From: Trichosphaerium sp. ATCC 40318
Taxonomy: Eukaryota; Protista; Tubulinea
Length of the DNA stretch: 64,000 nt
Assembly (NCBI GenBank): GCA_038496445.1
Contig: JALMLS010000100.1
Location: forward strand, 62,001-126,000
Direction: 5' to 3'
In this document: one piece after another, positions 62,689-64,000 of the stretch
Layout of the letters: each line of letters begins with the position of its first letter
How positions within the stretch are numbered: the stretch's first letter is position 1
Notes under the pieces: generated by a model
Databases searched by the model: none
Told to the model about the DNA's origin: nothing
What the model saw: only the letters and a program-made list of their open reading frames with translations
Program-made: the position numbers and the translations under genes

Positions 62689-63416
62689 TTGGGCTTTGTT
62701 CCTCTGTTGAGATTTTTCCTGGTGACAAAATCACATTGCTTTGGCTTAAACGTTGCTTCCCACAAACTTTTTTGTACCCTAGAGGATAGACATAGTCATA
62801 TGTGGAATATACTTCGCGTTTTTGCACAGAAGTTACAGGTACTTCCGTTCTGACATTAAGCTACGATGTCAACAATCAATCCCACTGGATCAGTTCAGAA
62901 TACAAATGTAATGCTGCTGGATGAGTTTCGACAATCCACACAGGTTGTTCTTGCTCTTAACTCGGTCCCTTGCAATATCCTCGCTCTTTGGATGAGTCGC
63001 ACTTAGCTACTACACGATTTCTTTATTCCGTCATTTTTTGTCATTGACATTAATAAACATTAGATTGCAAAATCGTTGCAACAAGCAAAGTACCCATAAA
63101 CCAACTAGAAATTGTCTTAACGTCGTAAATACAGGCCTTGTACAATAACTAGACCTTTAACAACTAATAGACAAACACGTGGAAGTGACTCAGATGTTAA
63201 CAACCACATGAATAAAGATTGTCAGTTGTCAAGTATTTATTTTCAATGATGGATTAGCTGACCAGTTCGCATCATATTTTTAACTGATAAATAAACTATC
63301 AATCAAGCTTTAGTGGGTTTCTTGACATAAAACGACAAGTTGGAGTTTACAATTAATTACATTTTATTGGTACAACTCCCGTAATGATCCGGAAGGGTTT
63401 TAACAATATTATGGCC

Positions 63417-64000
63417 CTATTGAGCACCGCTTACAGTTTCACTCTTCAGAGCATCAGCACCAAAAGCGTTTGAAAGCATAGCACGGTATTTTGGGCAAAT
63501 TGAAGAATCGTTCTTTATCTGGTTATTGAGAGCCTACAACAAATAGGTAAGAATATTTTCGTCTGAAAAAGAAGAAAAAAAAGCAATACGCACAGTGTAG
63601 CAAGCTGATCCTGAGCTGGCTTTCTTTCCATACATTGTAAAGAAGCCGAGTTTACGAGGAGTTACCTTGCCAGTCATTGGACAATAGATGTTGCACTGAG
63701 GGATTGGTTTGGAGTAGCAATGAAGAGTGATGGCTAAGAAAGTTTAAGCGAAAAAATTTGACCAAAAGTTCCTTGTGGCGTACCTGGTTTGTTGTTCATC
63801 GAGCGTACTTTATGTAATGCCAAGTCGTCGTGGATGAAAGCTACTTTTCCTTCATTGTAAGGGTGAGTAGCGCCTTCAGTAATTTTTCCACTTTCTGAAT
63901 CAATGTGACAGTGTACTTCCTCGATATCGCCTTCTAGTACGCACATGAAACAGTTTTGTCCACTAACGTGAAGGGTAAGTACCGAAAAAAAAAGTGGTGA
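63417..64000 (-). CDS. CDO1: Cysteine dioxygenase type 1, 3' part
   Basis: CFMCVLEGDIEEV...VAFIHDDLALHKV...AITLHCYSKP...C...TGK...F cupin motifs; stop 63417-63419. Confidence 0.8.

Noticed and set aside
1-64000. Stop-codon reassignment or systematic RNA editing to explain fragmented ORFs
   Set aside because: Nearly all breaks examined are resolved by GT/GC-AG introns, and TAA, TAG and TGA all end genes.
1-64000. U12-type (AT-AC or RTATCCTT) introns
   Set aside because: RTATCCT matches (for example 12240, 20296, 22453) are on the non-coding strand or not at donor positions.

Overview
This is eukaryotic genomic DNA, AT-rich (roughly 35-37% GC by eye), very gene-dense (about 30 genes) and intron-rich. 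Most introns are 35-60 nt GT-AG with CTAAC/CTAAT-like branch points and relaxed NAG acceptors, so the ORF track shows exon fragments; gene models below were spliced by hand and boundaries are approximate. A CudA-type transcription factor and TKL/TIG surface proteins point to an amoebozoan protist using the standard genetic code. Recognisable genes: TPX2-like (5' part), eIF3L, atypical E2F (E2F7/8/DEL type), two intronless F-box/LRR paralogues, an NHL-repeat receptor TKL kinase, SCYL1, a UAS-UBX protein, FANCL, CudA, Nudix, CRIPT, a Rac/Rho GTPase, an FAD oxidoreductase, a RING+SIM ligase, a PH protein, RAD51, a QRT3-like protein, a tandem GT49-like protein, FBXL, MND1, a histidine phosphatase, an IPT/TIG receptor and cysteine dioxygenase (3' part). 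Best leads: (1) a probably nuclear protein with a module resembling the PUA/EVE-like N-terminus of bacterial modification-dependent restriction proteins; (2) strong enrichment of the palindrome CACGTG inside short introns; (3) E2F sites clustered in an intron of the atypical E2F gene; (4) an N-acylated R-SNARE with no transmembrane helix; (5) a stand-alone, CaaX-ended REM-like protein; (6) intronless alternating-LRR F-box genes. No rRNA, tRNA, CRISPR array or transposase was seen.
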